A stretch of 63,679 nt of DNA, the filler included, from Nemertoderma westbladi (lineage: Eukaryota; Animalia; Xenacoelomorpha), in assembly GCA_032718475.1 (NCBI GenBank). It is 4 parts of 4 records of this genome, joined end to end, with 100 filler letters (N's around TTAATTAATTAA, not from the genome) between each part and the next. Parts side by side here need not be neighbours in the genome. Positions count along the whole stretch, not along the records: positions 1 to 13,425 come from JAUCBJ010004460.1; 3 more parts are not named here. The stretch is one strand, 5' to 3'. Shown here one piece after another: positions 1 through 12,464 of the stretch (within the stretch, counting starts at the first letter, position 1; each line of letters begins with the position of its first letter). The notes under the pieces are model-generated. The model was not told the origin of the DNA. It did not search any database and saw only the letters and a program-made list of their open reading frames with translations. Both the position numbers and the translations under genes were made by a program.

Positions 1-272
1 TCCATTTTACCGGTACACTTCACTTTACAATCAACTGTGTTATATCTTATTCTGACTCTATATTATACCCTTATGTTTATAAGAATTAAGTTTTATTTAC
101 TGTTTTAATATAATAAAATAAATATATTTCAAGGGCTAAGGGCCCACATTGTCAATAATCAACTGAATGTAAACAGAATTAATGAATTATTACAGCTACC
201 TATTTATGAAATGTTTTTAACAGTACAAAAGGTACCTAACTGCCTAACTACTAAATTACTATACGCACAAAA

Positions 273-1072
273 TTATTTAATTTTCAGGAACCCCCCGCTT
301 TCCAACACTGCTATACTTAAATGATCTACGTCTGTGGATAATCTCTTGTTAACTGCCCGGGGTCCCAATGATTGAATATACATACTCTCTAATATTAGCC
401 TACCGTGCAAGTCTGACACTCTCCCTATCACTGTTGCCTTATCCCATAATGGAATGTGTCCAGTAGCTACATGATGGCCCGACAACTCGGATGCTTTGGG
501 CCTACGGTGTTTAACATCGCCCTGATGCTGGGTCAGACGGACATCAAGACTGTATAAGGTTTGGCCTACATATATGTTGCCACAGCAACACGGTATCTGA
601 TACACTATACCTCTGGGTGGGTATTTCGGTTTATGGCCTCTAAGTAGGTATGATCTTAACGTTCTACCCCTAACCGTATATGTGCCGACATCATATTTCT
701 TACACATTCGTTCTAGAGGTTCTGTTAGTCCCTTTAAATAAGGCAGTCCTATATTGACTTCAGGGTGTTGTGGCTTTGTTGGTATGTCTTCACTGGTTAC
801 CTTAAGGCTATCAAAGGACTTATTACACTTTCGTAAGGAATTATAAATGACCCTAGTTGGATAACCATTGGACATAAGTGAGTCAGTTAACTGCGATTGA
901 GTGCGCCCTCTAGCGTCTCGATCCGAACATAATTTGTTAGTCCTATAGAATAACCCACTACACACACTTCTCTTAACTCTCGGGTGATGATTAGAGCTGA
1001 AATTCAAATAGCGATGGGAATGTGTCGGTTTGTGATATATGGTAGTACGGAATGTTCCTTTACTTAAAGTTA
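273..1072 (-). mobile_element. Penelope-like retroelement fragment (RT C-terminus plus GIY-YIG endonuclease)
   Basis: Reads FRTTIYHKPTHSHRYLNFSSNHHP...LPYLKGLTE...GIVYQIPCCCGNIYVGQT...RLTQH...LESMYI, the RT thumb plus GIY-YIG layout of Penelope elements. It is 5'-truncated where BEL sequence begins at about 1073. Confidence 0.92.
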
Positions 1073-2359
1073 ATCCGGGAATTCCCCGTAGTTCAGCTAA
1101 GAGTCCATGGATTAAATAAGAGTTTTATAGTCAACGCACTCCTGGACTCTGGCAGCACAGGAACGTTCATCGATAAAGAACTAGCCAAAGACATCTTTGC
1201 AGGACAACCCAAGCTCCGAACTAAGTTGAACCTTTCAGGAATTATGCAGGTTTGGAAATTTACAGTAGCTACAGTCTACTATGTAGGTGCGTTGTCCACT
1301 CCCCAAGACGAACTAGGAGAACACAGTATAAGGTCAGTAAAAATGGTGGCGATAAAGAACTTTGCTACCAGCCAAGTAGAACCTTACCACTGGGATGAAG
1401 ACGATTTTACCCAGCAACATAATATCCCTAGATTCAACACCGACTACCCAGGGGTGCAAATATTAATCGGCCAAAACGCGCATGAGGCGCTTGAGACATT
1501 AGAGAAATGACCTGCTCGACCGCAACCATTGCAAACCTATGCGGGAAGAACTAGAGTAGGTTGGTACTTCACTGGACCTTCCCATAGGACACTCATGGAA
1601 AGGCTACCTAACGACCAAGTCCATCAGGTGAGTGAATGGGAAGAAGAAATCAGTGAGGGAGAGACCACAACTGAGGGAACACCATACTCCTCTGATAATG
1701 ATGATATTAACTCTAATGTAGATCAATGGAGATATTGCCCTGGGACTATTAATCCAGCCGACATCGCTTCCAGAGGAGCAACCCCTCAAGAACTGATAGA
1801 TACTCCGGACTGGTTAGGTGGACCCGACTTCCTAAGTAAAGAAGAAGATGAATGGCCTCCCCATCTTACCACAGCTGAGATTAGACAAGCCAAGGGAGCG
1901 GAGAAAGTCAAACCTAAAACCCGGACGAGTAAATCCAAGTTATTCAAACCTGTGATGGATCGGTCTGTACTACACATTTCCAGGGACGACGCTGTAGATC
2001 TAAACTCCCCCGCCACAAATAAATCTGTTGTGGAAATCAGAGAAAAAGACTGGAAATCTAGAACACCAGACGTTTCGCAGGGATTCTCACCTCTCCTGCA
2101 GAGAGCGATAAATCACTATAGCTCCTGGAATCGGCTTTGTAAGGCCGTCGTGTATTTGAAGCAATGTTTCTATCGTCACTATTCCAGGACGAAGAAGAAA
2201 CCTGGAATTGTATTCGAAACACAACAACCCAATCGCTCAGTTGGTCGTTTATGTTTACTGGAAAGAGACAGAGAACTATCCGGAAACTATGGAAGGCAAG
2301 ATACTCTTCCCACGACCAGCTACCTAATCCAACAAACATCTAGGGACTCCCCAACGTAA
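1073..2359 (+). mobile_element. BEL/Pao LTR retrotransposon pol, internally deleted copy 1
   Basis: Protease ALLDSGSTGTF, then QWRYCPGTINPADIASRG, then integrase C-terminus NRSVGRLCLLE. Closely similar to 25284-29040 but RT/RNase H is deleted at about 1705 and the integrase core at about 2190; stop at 1510. Confidence 0.92.
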
Positions 2360-2377
2360 CAGCATCTGGAGTGGGTG

Positions 2378-4088
2378 TGTGACTACATTATTTTATATTT
2401 GTTTTATTATTTTTATATTTATGTATGTATTATTAAGTAATTTTATTATAATCGTTTTCTTTAATTTTATTTAGTAGAATGTTATTTTAGCGATTATTTA
2501 GTAGAATTAGTGCAATATATACTCGTGTTTATTACTTAATTACTTATATTATATATTTAGTGCAACGGCGAGAAATAATTCTTTTTCTCTTTCCTTACTG
2601 TCCGTATCATATTATAAATACGTGACTACAGTAAGATGAAATATCCGTACTTATTAAAGTACAATAAAGCTCCTACTATACTCAAGTATTATCGGTAAGT
2701 AGAGTATTAGGAATGCAAAGTTCAGATCCTCGTGTCTCGGCTAAACCAAGCTCTGGGTAGACCTTGGAAACAACTTGCCTCTTCTCACTGACATTGCTTC
2801 TTGCAATATTGCTCTCATACCGTATATTAAATAATACATATAGTAGCGTGATGTCCCTTTAACAGTAGCGTAAAACGCAAAATAAATCTGTTAAACCCTT
2901 TGACCATCTGTAATTCTAGTCGATTAAGATATCGCGGCACCCACCGATATACTTGAAAGACAAAATTCTAGAATCAATGGTTAACGTCCCCAGACATGTT
3001 CTGGACTAAATCAGTGCCCATCTTAAATATTACATAGTTAATATTTATAAAAATCTATTAAAACAAATGTTATAATAGAGTAAATGCACAAAAATAAACT
3101 CTAAGGAGTTTGTAAACCGAGAAAATCTATAAATCAAGATCTGTTAAAATTTAGATCCTTTAAAAATTCTAGTCGATTAAGATATCGTAGCATTTACCGA
3201 TACTCTTAAAAGGACAAATTTCCTAGAATCAAGGATCTCAGTCCCTAGACATGCTCTGGAATAAAATTGTGCCTATTTTAATATTAAATAATAAAATTTA
3301 CGGGAATAAATTTAAATTCATATCTTATCATGAATTTGATAAATTGTTATTTTATACAATTTATAATATTCCCAAAATTCCATTAATTAATAGATCATGG
3401 GAGCGGAGATTCACCCTATTAAGTGTATTAGTGTGCGACAATCTCCAGTATATAGTCAATAACCGATAAATTTCATAAAATCATGTATAAGGGGGAATAT
3501 TGACAATTAAAGAATTACTATTAAATAGCATCCCAGATCTGTATGCATGAGAATTACCCTAATTCTACTGCTAGCTTTCCATAATGTCACCATGGCAACA
3601 ACCACGCCAGAATTAGAAGTGAGTTAAAAGAACAATAAAAAGCTTGCCCCATTGAATAGCATACGGAATAAATAGCGCACTGCTAGTATCCAGAGATACA
3701 TAATAATAACGTGGCATTCTGGAAGGCACTTGACTAACGGACAAATGGCCCGAATGTGTACAATTTGTGACAGTTGTGTGGAATTTGTGCGTTTATAGGT
3801 GAATGTTACTACTAAAGTGTGTTTACATTAGCGAGTCGCAGTTGTGAAAGTTACCCTGCCTCTGTAGCAAGAACCTGAAGTAATTCTGAGCCCTTGGGAC
3901 GGAGAGTGGAGTGACTCGCGCTGGTTGTTGTTGTCGTTGTGTAGCTACTATGTTGGCGATAGACACAGCGGCGACAGTACATCAGCGCTGAGGAGCTTGC
4001 GCTGTCCGGGGGCATTGAGGGGGAGGCAGCAACGACCGCTAGCCTAAATTATAATTAATTATAATATCGATAAACTCATATAGCAGCT
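2378..4088 (+). mobile_element. Long non-coding 3' region of the BEL family, shared with 22082-25266
   Basis: Follows purine-rich GGAGTGGGTG and starts TGTGAC. Aligns by eye to the reverse complement of 22082-25266 apart from the piggyBac-like insertion. Contains a diverged ~150-bp internal duplication (about 2887-3030 and 3140-3285). Confidence 0.8.
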
Positions 4089-5526
4089 ATGACTGAGTTG
4101 ATAGAATATGATCTTGGTATCAGGGAGCGATATACCATTGCAAGCGTTTGTTGATAGTTTAATACGCGGCGACGCTAGTCCACCCACTACGGAGGATGAT
4201 GGCCGTTATATCGAACTGCCAATGTCAAAGGAACAGCTCACGTGTGAATTGGACTATAGAAAATTCACCACTCGCTATACGCATCGTAATGGTACGTATA
4301 AAGACTTCTTTACTACTGGCCATCCTATCGATTTACACGATATGGATGATGTAGACACCGAAAGGGAAATGATCCTATTTAAATATCATACCCAGCGGAG
4401 TCGGAACGATAAACTGAGAATCGAACACGAAAATTATATTCGAAACCAACTCGAAAGAGAAGATGTTAAAGAACCGGATAAACGCAGTGACTTCAATGTA
4501 TATTTGGAATTCTTGAGAGAGACATTGTAAAACTGGAGAAAGATCACCCGCGTTTCCCCTACAAGACGTGCATCTTTGGTATTATTACGATGAATGCCCT
4601 AGACCCAACCAACACACGGAAAGACATAAACATCCGCGGAGACGTTGCGCTAAACACAGTTTTACTCGCTATATTTACGGGAGTTTCGAGCGAAACTTGT
4701 TCAACATATCACCTACGCTCGCTCGACTCAAACGATCCTTAAATAAACCAATGATCGGAGTTCCGGAATACTCGGTCAGACCTCCTCATTCCCTGGTGAA
4801 ACCTCAGACTCTTGATTCTAATAGTATGACGGATCCCCCTGAACTGTACTCATTGTTCAAAGATCTAGTGTTACCCGAACAATTAGTCGGTGGCACTCCG
4901 GTTGTGGGCTACCTAGATATTCGCCCATCTTACCTAGCTGGATTGGGATGCGGACATTTAATATCGCCGTTCAACCCGTATAATTGTCCCGGTTTAACTC
5001 CGATACAACCTGTCACCGAGGTGGAGGAGAGAGTTGTACGCAACGCGTTAGACACTATTTGACAAAAGATCGGAAAAGGAACCTACGATTGTTTAGAGAA
5101 ACGTAAATTGCAGCAGCAAGTCCAAGCGGTAAACGAATTAGCTTTATCTCAATTCGATCGGGAAATCCAGAATCTCTAAGAAGATATCGAAGAGCCCGAG
5201 AACGCGAGTCGGAAAGAACCATCAAACCGAGGAAATTTCTCACTACACACGGTCCACCTACCGCTCGCGTGCAAACGACCCGTCAGGAACCAGTAAGAGC
5301 TGCTGTCTTAAAACGCGCTCTCAAGGTTGTTCGACCTCATTCCACTAAGGTTGATACTGATCAACCGGGTACCTCGACCGGCGGATACACCGACTGTAAT
5401 CCTAAACCTTCTGATGCAATTGTATTGCACCCTTTACCCAGGAGTTATAGCCATCCTAGTAAAGTGGCTCGCCCCAAAGAGAAAAGGACTCTTGCTAGCC
5501 TCAAAAAACTGCGTAAACGCCGTTAG
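4089..5526 (+). pseudogene. Accessory ORF of BEL family, unknown protein, frameshifted pieces
   Basis: ATG at 4089 matches the start of 21680..22081(-), with a 5-bp deletion near 4135. Pieces 4108-4530, 4568-5062 and 5269-5526 are co-oriented. Only the first ~120 codons are confirmed by the second copy. Confidence 0.6.
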
Positions 5527-5619
5527 CGTAAGAAGGACTAACTGTTTAGAGTATTTTTATATTTTAGAAACTGTGATTTTTTATATTTTATAGAATTAAA
5601 TCCCATTTTCTGGGAGCAG

Positions 5620-5765
5620 TGTAAAAGCTTTTGCGGATATAACAAGCCATTTTTCTCCGCAATATACCGTGTAGGTGTTTTAGCGGACATAACAAGCCAT
5701 TTTTACCCGCTATGTCTGCATGTGTGCTTTAGCGGACATAACAAGCCATTTTCTCCGCAATGCGC
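5620..5765 (+). repeat. Three ~50-bp repeats at a candidate LTR start
   Basis: GCGGA(C/T)ATAACAAGCCATTTT near 5633, 5683 and 5732, preceded by GGGAGCAG|TGT resembling a PPT/LTR junction. No LTR end was identified. Confidence 0.5.
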
Positions 5766-7779
5766 TTAATACTCTAAAAGATGACTCAGATGACGCAATC
5801 TGTCAGCTGATTTACTGCCAACGTGGAACCTGAACCTCTCTTTGTTCTTTGTTCGGCTCAGCCAATCAGAGCGATTTTCACTTTGTGTTGGACAGTGCCT
5901 ACAGAAACCTACGCAATTCAGTCAGTGTGTATCTTTTCTAAGCACAGAACACCAGCTTAGGATTCTTCTGTACTTCTGTAGAAGTTTCAGACTTTGACCT
6001 AAACATCAGAAACATCAGATGGCTTTGATTACAAGAACGTAAAACTATTAACTGAATCATTGCTGAATCATACTTCATATCTGAATCACTGAAACGCGGC
6101 ACTACGCAACGCGATTCAACTACCGCATCACACCGCAATTCATGCATTGCTGCACATGGAACACTGCATAAGTAACACATACTGACTGTTCACCGCATTA
6201 TTTGATTCTGTTATTAATTGGTGTTATGTTGGTATATATTGCTGATATATTTGGAGAATACCGATGAATAATCATAAAACCCCAATCTTCTTGATTACTA
6301 AAGGTTAGAGGAACAGGTTTACCGGTAGCAACTGCGACTTACATTATAGTGGTTTTTGTGTGAATTGAATGCTATTTCATAATCCCTACATGTGTCAGTT
6401 GCGATCCTCCTTATATATGATCAAATTCAGTGACGGTCGGCAGATCAGTGCGCAGTAGTGTGAACTAGTGTGAAGTCGTGTGAAGTAGTGTGAAGGTTAA
6501 TAAAGCATCTCCTAAAGAATGCGCTTTTTACGAAACTCAGTAGCCATCCAGTTGTGATTAGTATAAGTCATAACTCTGTTTTATACTTAAAGCGCCACGT
6601 CCTAAAGGAACTGTTAATATTTCCCCGAAAGTAAATATATTGTCAGAGATTATATATTAACGATCAATCGAATAATACAGTAGGTCTACACTGCAATCAC
6701 TATCAAAGCATCCGAATCCAGTCTCCCTTAACTGTGGGTGAATGGTCGCGCACAGGCTGGCTTCGGCTGATGTATCTTCAGTACATTAAATAATTGATAT
6801 ACAAAAAGACACCTAAAATTGGCAGGTTAAACTTCTAAAGGTCTAAAAGCGCGAACACGATGGTTCCTGAAGAAACACCTACCTGCATTCCCTCATCACG
6901 GTTAGTTATAGTAGTTCCAATTCTCAGCTTATTTGGTTCGAGGATTTTTCATTAGAGAAAAAAAGAGGTCATTTAACAGGAGTGGAAAGTACAAGTACCT
7001 GTAATGGAAGGTCACTAAAATGAAAGAAGACTGTCAGATCCAAGGATGTTTTAATAGTTAAAATAAACATCGGAGCTTGCGTTTTTAAGGAAAAAATCAT
7101 CATGTTGAAAGAGGTATGGCGAAAATCAATTCAGGTTTCAGTTCCAAATGTTATTGACTATGCAAACTTACTAAAAGTTGCAACAAGTCTGTACAGGGCC
7201 TTATACAGTCATGTATTTGAAGTCTCAGTGCCAGATTCTCGTATGATTGTACTGTATGGTGATCTGAAACCGACTATGCATCTACCAATGTCTGGCGAAG
7301 ATTTTATTCTTTACAAGTATCGTGACGATATATGTAAAGATTTTTGACGATTTATGTTCCTTACTTGGCTACAGAATGGATTATGATCGGCAACGTAGCC
7401 AAGAATAGTGATGATGAAAATAAACAGCAGACTTCTCAACTTCGGTTCCCACATCCACAGCAGTCCTATGATATATAATCTGAGGCTTTGTCAGACAATA
7501 AATAACCTTAACCTCTATGGAGACATTCACACATGGTCTTTCAACTTTCATCTTTCAAATTGCGCTGCGATATGTTCTATATGGTTATATAAAGTTCATA
7601 GTAGTATAGTTTGCATATATTACATTGCAAAAACCCAAGTAGCCATTCTTTCATTGTCTATTTAAATTAAATATATTTTATACAATTTTGTATCAAACAT
7701 GGCCGGTAAAATTAATACCCCGAAGAGTCCGCATTCAGAGAGCAGGACACCGTTGATAGTACTAGTTCTGACTCATTGC

Positions 7780-8367
7780 CAAGTGATAGTGATTCCCTGT
7801 CAACTTTCCTCTCTCTTACACCAGTGCCACTGCCATTTGGACCAACAACACCTTCTGTCACCCCAAGTTCTTCATCAGTTACGCCTATACCAACAGCTAT
7901 TCTACAATTCTACAAAAGCTAAGAAAGAGTAGAAAGGAAAATCCAATGGGCAAAGAACTTATTGTCTTTATGGCAAAAAAGTCGGAGAAGGGGGAAGATG
8001 ATGACATATTGTTATTTCTAAAGAGTTTGATACCCGATATTAAACAGTTATCGGAAAGAAATGTGAGACGATTTAAGCAGAACTGCCAAACTATGATAAA
8101 TGGTTTGTAGATGAGCAAGAATTCACACAGCATTCTGTTCCGCGACGATAAATCATGCAATCACCAAGCGGACATCAACTGGCCCAATTACCCCAGAGCT
8201 CCCCATATAACCAGTACAATATACCCCCAGGTGCAGGAGAGTTTCATATACAGGCATCGCCACATCATCATGATCTAACTAACTTCAGCCGGTATGCTCC
8301 GACGATGGGACAATATACCCCACATATGCAACAATCCCTATCCGGCGAAACATTTATCAACCTGTAA
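7780..8367 (+). pseudogene. BESS-motif (MADF/Myb partner) ORF remnant of a Harbinger transposon
   Basis: Reads EDDDILLFLKSLIPDIKQLSERNVRRFKQNCQTMI, a BESS-like motif, convergent with a Harbinger transposase fragment. Confidence 0.6.
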
Positions 8368-8462
8368 ACTACATTAATTAAAATATCTAAACCATGTGAA
8401 CTAATTCTTTACCATTGTACTATAAATAATATTATGTATGTTATTTGTAATATTTACCATAT

Positions 8463-8756
8463 TTACCTCAAGGTTACAAGTAGTTTTGCATATGGCTCAA
8501 TAGACTTTCTCCAATGTGTGTTGTTTCTGTTAATTTTAGTTTCGATTAAACTCAATAACTCATCGAAAGTTGCGATTGACATTCGAGAATAATTTAAGAA
8601 CTTATTATCGTCTTCTCTTAACTCATGGTATAGTTTGCCTATAGCTCCATGCGTTTCTCTTTTCTGATTAATGGGATGTATACAAAACCTACGCCTTTTC
8701 CTTCTCATCCTATTTATACTGCAGGCAAACAACACATCAGCGATGTCCTCATCCAT
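8463..8756 (-). mobile_element. PIF/Harbinger transposase N-terminal exon remnant
   Basis: IHPINQKRETHG...LYHELREDDNKFLNYSRMSIATFDELL...IEPYAKLLVTLR followed by a GTAAAT donor. The DDE core is absent. Confidence 0.85.
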
Positions 8757-8793
8757 TGTAAAAAAATATGGTAAAATAAACCTACAATTTTAT

Positions 8794-9026
8794 CAAGCAA
8801 GCATCAGTCGGCCGAAGCCGGAGGCGACCCGAAGGCTCCTCTTTCGATAGCTGCTACCCGAGGGTAGGGATGGTCGCTACTCCTATCCCAAGATTTGCTC
8901 CCAGTTATTTAACTGGTACTCATTTTATCGACCCTAGTGGATGAAAGGCTGAGTGGACCCTGGCGGGGCTGAACCTACAACATAGATTGCAGGCCCGGCG
9001 CTCAACCAACTGAGCTACCCCGCCTA
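8794..9026 (-). mobile_element. tRNA-derived SINE with 10-bp TSD
   Basis: Minus strand starts GGCGGGGTAGCTCAGTTGGTTGAGCG (A box), has central ACTCAGCCTTTCATCCACTAGGGTCGATAAAATGAGTACC and a GCTT-repeat tail. TSD ACAATTTTAT at 8784-8793 and 9027-9036. Confidence 0.88.
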
Positions 9027-9639
9027 ACAATTTTATAAAATAAATTTAAATATCATTTCCGAAAAATAAAATTTATAATGATAAAATTTGTAGTAGATGT
9101 GGAGATACCTATGCTGCATGAGTCTAACAGATATAAAATACCGGGGACTATAATCTCATACGTAATGTAAACATAATAATGAATGCAATATTCACAATAA
9201 GGTGTACCGTGTACATCACTGCAGTAGCCCGTGCGCATATTTCCATTTAGGATGTCGTTTCAGCCTATGGAAGAATTTCTGGGCTTCTAATTGGCTGTTC
9301 CTTCAATAAGCTCACCTCATTGGCAAACACTCTCCCACAGCCAAAAAGTGTGCCGGTTCGGCCGAATTCTCAGAAGGGGTGTCGCTTGGGGAAAATCACT
9401 TTTATTACTTGTAAATTTTACTTAAGCCTGCTTACTCCTTCTGTATTAAACAGGCAAATAACAATTATTTTCTCATATTTACTAATGTCTGGTGTTATTT
9501 GTCACCACACCATTTATTGGGTTTAGTTAATTAACAAATACTACTGCCATAATTATATAACATATAATTAATAATTCACAATAATATTTGCGCGAGCCAC
9601 GTACAGTACAGTAGTAGGCGAAGTCATAGTCATAGTAGG

Positions 9640-9790
9640 CAACTCATAGTTTCATTTCGGCAACTCATAGTTGCATTTCGGCAACTGTTAACAGGATGCG
9701 ATTAGTCAAACTGATAGATGCGTTTCGTCAACTGATACTGTAGATGCGTTTCGGCAACTGATACTGTAGATGCGTTTCGGCAACTCGTGA
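9640..9790. repeat. Short tandem repeats with TTTCGGCAACT core
   Basis: About six imperfect 20-28 bp units. Confidence 0.6.
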
Positions 9791-10034
9791 ACAAAGGCCA
9801 ACTGGATACTTAATAGAGCCTACACTGTAGGCTCTATACAGTAGTATAGTATTATCTATACTGTAGGCTACAGTATAGAGATAGGTGGAATCTCAATGTC
9901 ACCATCGTATCGTATCAACATAGGGCAGAGCAAATCAGTATTATTTATTACCTTTGCCTCATTAAGTTTCCCATTATACATTTTCATTCTACATTATTTT
10001 ACCCACGCCTACTCCAACACTACTGACCTTTACC

Positions 10035-12464
10035 CAAGGCGACCTTTACTAACAGGCCTTGCAGCCCAAAAAACTGCAGAATTAGCGTAGGCCTAACATT
10101 TTGCAGTAGCAGAACAAGGCCATGCAACACGCTGACACGTCAGCTTTATTTTCGGATTTATAAGTTCTGGTGCTGAAGTAAATAGGTTTAATTATAATTA
10201 TTCTTAATTGCTTAATTTTGTGTATTTTAGCAGTCCTCACGGTGCACTGTATTAATACTGCAATTCCTTAGATAGAATGCTATTTCCTGATTTCTATAGC
10301 CTAGGCCTACTGTATTTTGTATTTGATAACTACGGTAAGCTAAATATTCTGGAATTTCCAATATTAATACAATACTATGAATTATTTAATTATCATCCAA
10401 ACATTCGGATAAATAAGATGAAATATGCATGTAGAATAAACTGTTGGTAGCGCACAATACTATTAATACGAATAAAACTAGTCGATATGCCTCGCAAGTG
10501 TTGTGTTGGATATTGCCGATCTAACTACAAGGGAACTCAGGCAAATCCACAAGCGGAGAGTGTTAGCGTTTACGGTTTCCCCGCCAACAATGATGATCGT
10601 CAACGCTGGTTGGCTGCGTTAACGAACATCATCGATAAAGACACAAAGACAATTGGTGTTTGCAGAAAACACTGGCCGGACAGCACCAAAATGAAAGTTG
10701 TTCGCGGTGGTTCCTTAGTGCCGAGAGATCCTCCATTGGTATTCACTGCAGCGCCGGCGTCAGTTGTTCCCCCCACTCCTCCGGTATCGAGATCAACCGA
10801 TCGATCGCGACCATCTTCGCGGAATATTCTTCCCGATGAGTTGTCCGAGTTCCTCTCTGGCGACAAGATCGTCGCAGATACGTTTTCTACGGAGTTTAAG
10901 ATAAAGTACCGGTACTACTGTGGCGTAGAGCTGGATATTTTAAACCGCGGCGGTACAACTCTATTGGCGATGCACCGGGAGCGGACTGGGGCTGTTGCGA
11001 AGTGGACCCTCGAGTTTACCATCATTGACGATAAGGTTGAGTTCGTTTGTTAGGCCTACTCGGATCTCGCTCGAATTAGTATCCCATTCTTACGCTACAA
11101 GACCCGCGTAAGTTATTGGTCGGAAGTTACAGAAGTCATCAACTTCCTCGATCATTATGAAGAGGAGAATCCTCGCTTCCTCTTCCTGTATCGCCAAGTT
11201 GCTCTGCTGAACACCCTACGGAACGGAGTTGTCTACACCTCTGGCGATATCTGCAATGCTTTCCAGTGGTATTGCTATTCAACCAAACTTTATAATATTC
11301 TAAGGGAGCAGTTGAAACTCCCTAGTCTACGATTATTGCGCAGTTTGACTAATGCGACTGGTAAACTATCGTCGGACACTTTCCTGACATCAGTCTTCTC
11401 CACGTTAGAACCCCGTAAACGACTTTGCTCCGTAATTATAGATGAGATTCATGTGAAACAATCACTCCAATGCCACGGTGGAACGGTTTTTGGACCAGCT
11501 GCCGACTATCCCGAAAAACTGGCCAGCACTGTGTTGGCATTCATGGTTAATTGCTTGTTCGGGGGACCTGCGTTTGTTATTGGACTTCTTCCATGTTCGA
11601 ACTTAAATGGAACATTCCAATATGATATGTACCTGAAGTTCGCAAAATCTCTGCACGAAACTAATGCGAGAGTCATCGCTGTTTTATGTGATGACAATTC
11701 GGTTAACCGGAAATTCTTTAACATGTTTACACGATATGTTAATGATGTACCATGGAGGGTTCGCTCCCCATTCGATTCAGCGGAGCCGTTATTCCTTATT
11801 CCTTACTATGAAAATATTTATTCTAAATGTAGACTGAGGAACCTTTATAACTATGCAAAGTATCGAAACTGTGCGAGACAGGTGGTTTAGGGGTATAGAT
11901 AACACATTACTCGTCTCCATTACAAGCCTCGTTGCGCTCGTCCTGTTTTGTATGAGAATATTTATTCTAAATGTAGACTGAGGAACCTTTATAACTATGC
12001 AAAGTATCGAAACTGTGCGAGACAGGTGGTTTAGGGGTATAGATAACACATTACTCGTCTCCATTACAAGCCTCGTTGCGCTCGTCCTGTTTTGTATGAT
12101 AATATTTATTCTAAATGTAGACTGAGGAACCTTTATAACTATGCAAAGTCTCTAAACTGTGTGAATAATTTCTGATTTATGACAGATCGATGACTACATC
12201 GATAGATACATACAACATGTAGACACATACATACACATTAGATACATACAGACATACATACTGTATACACACTTAGATAGATAAATACACACCAAAACTC
12301 AAAAAAATACCCCGCCTATACGAGACGGGTTCATAATTTACCATTTCTTAAAGGTCTTATTGATAGAATGGAGAAACTACCGTTCTATTGGTCGCTATAC
12401 TTTTAGGCCTACGCTAATTTTGCAGTTTTCTGGGCTGCAAGGCCTGTTAGTAAAGGTCGCCTTG
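10035..12464 (+). mobile_element. P-superfamily (THAP9-like) DNA transposon, defective
   Basis: ~62-bp TIRs CAAGGCGACCTTTACTAACAGGCC and 8-bp TSD CCTTTACC (10027-10034, 12465-12472). THAP domain MPRKCCVGYC...FP...W...VCRKHW at 10487 and transposase IIDEIHVK...CDDNSVNRKFF. Stop at 11053; C-terminal half missing. Confidence 0.93.
11807..12162. repeat. 144-bp tandem repeat, ~2.5 copies, inside the P element
   Basis: Units start at 11807, 11951 and 12095, followed by a CATA/GATA microsatellite and a short hairpin near 12311-12329. Confidence 0.85.

Noticed and set aside
1-272. Hammerhead in the Penelope 3' region
   Set aside because: No CTGANGA...GAAA core with stems is visible on the element strand within the window.
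6640-7665. Short ORFs, possibly a decayed transposon gene
   Set aside because: No motif I can recognise, and multiple stops.
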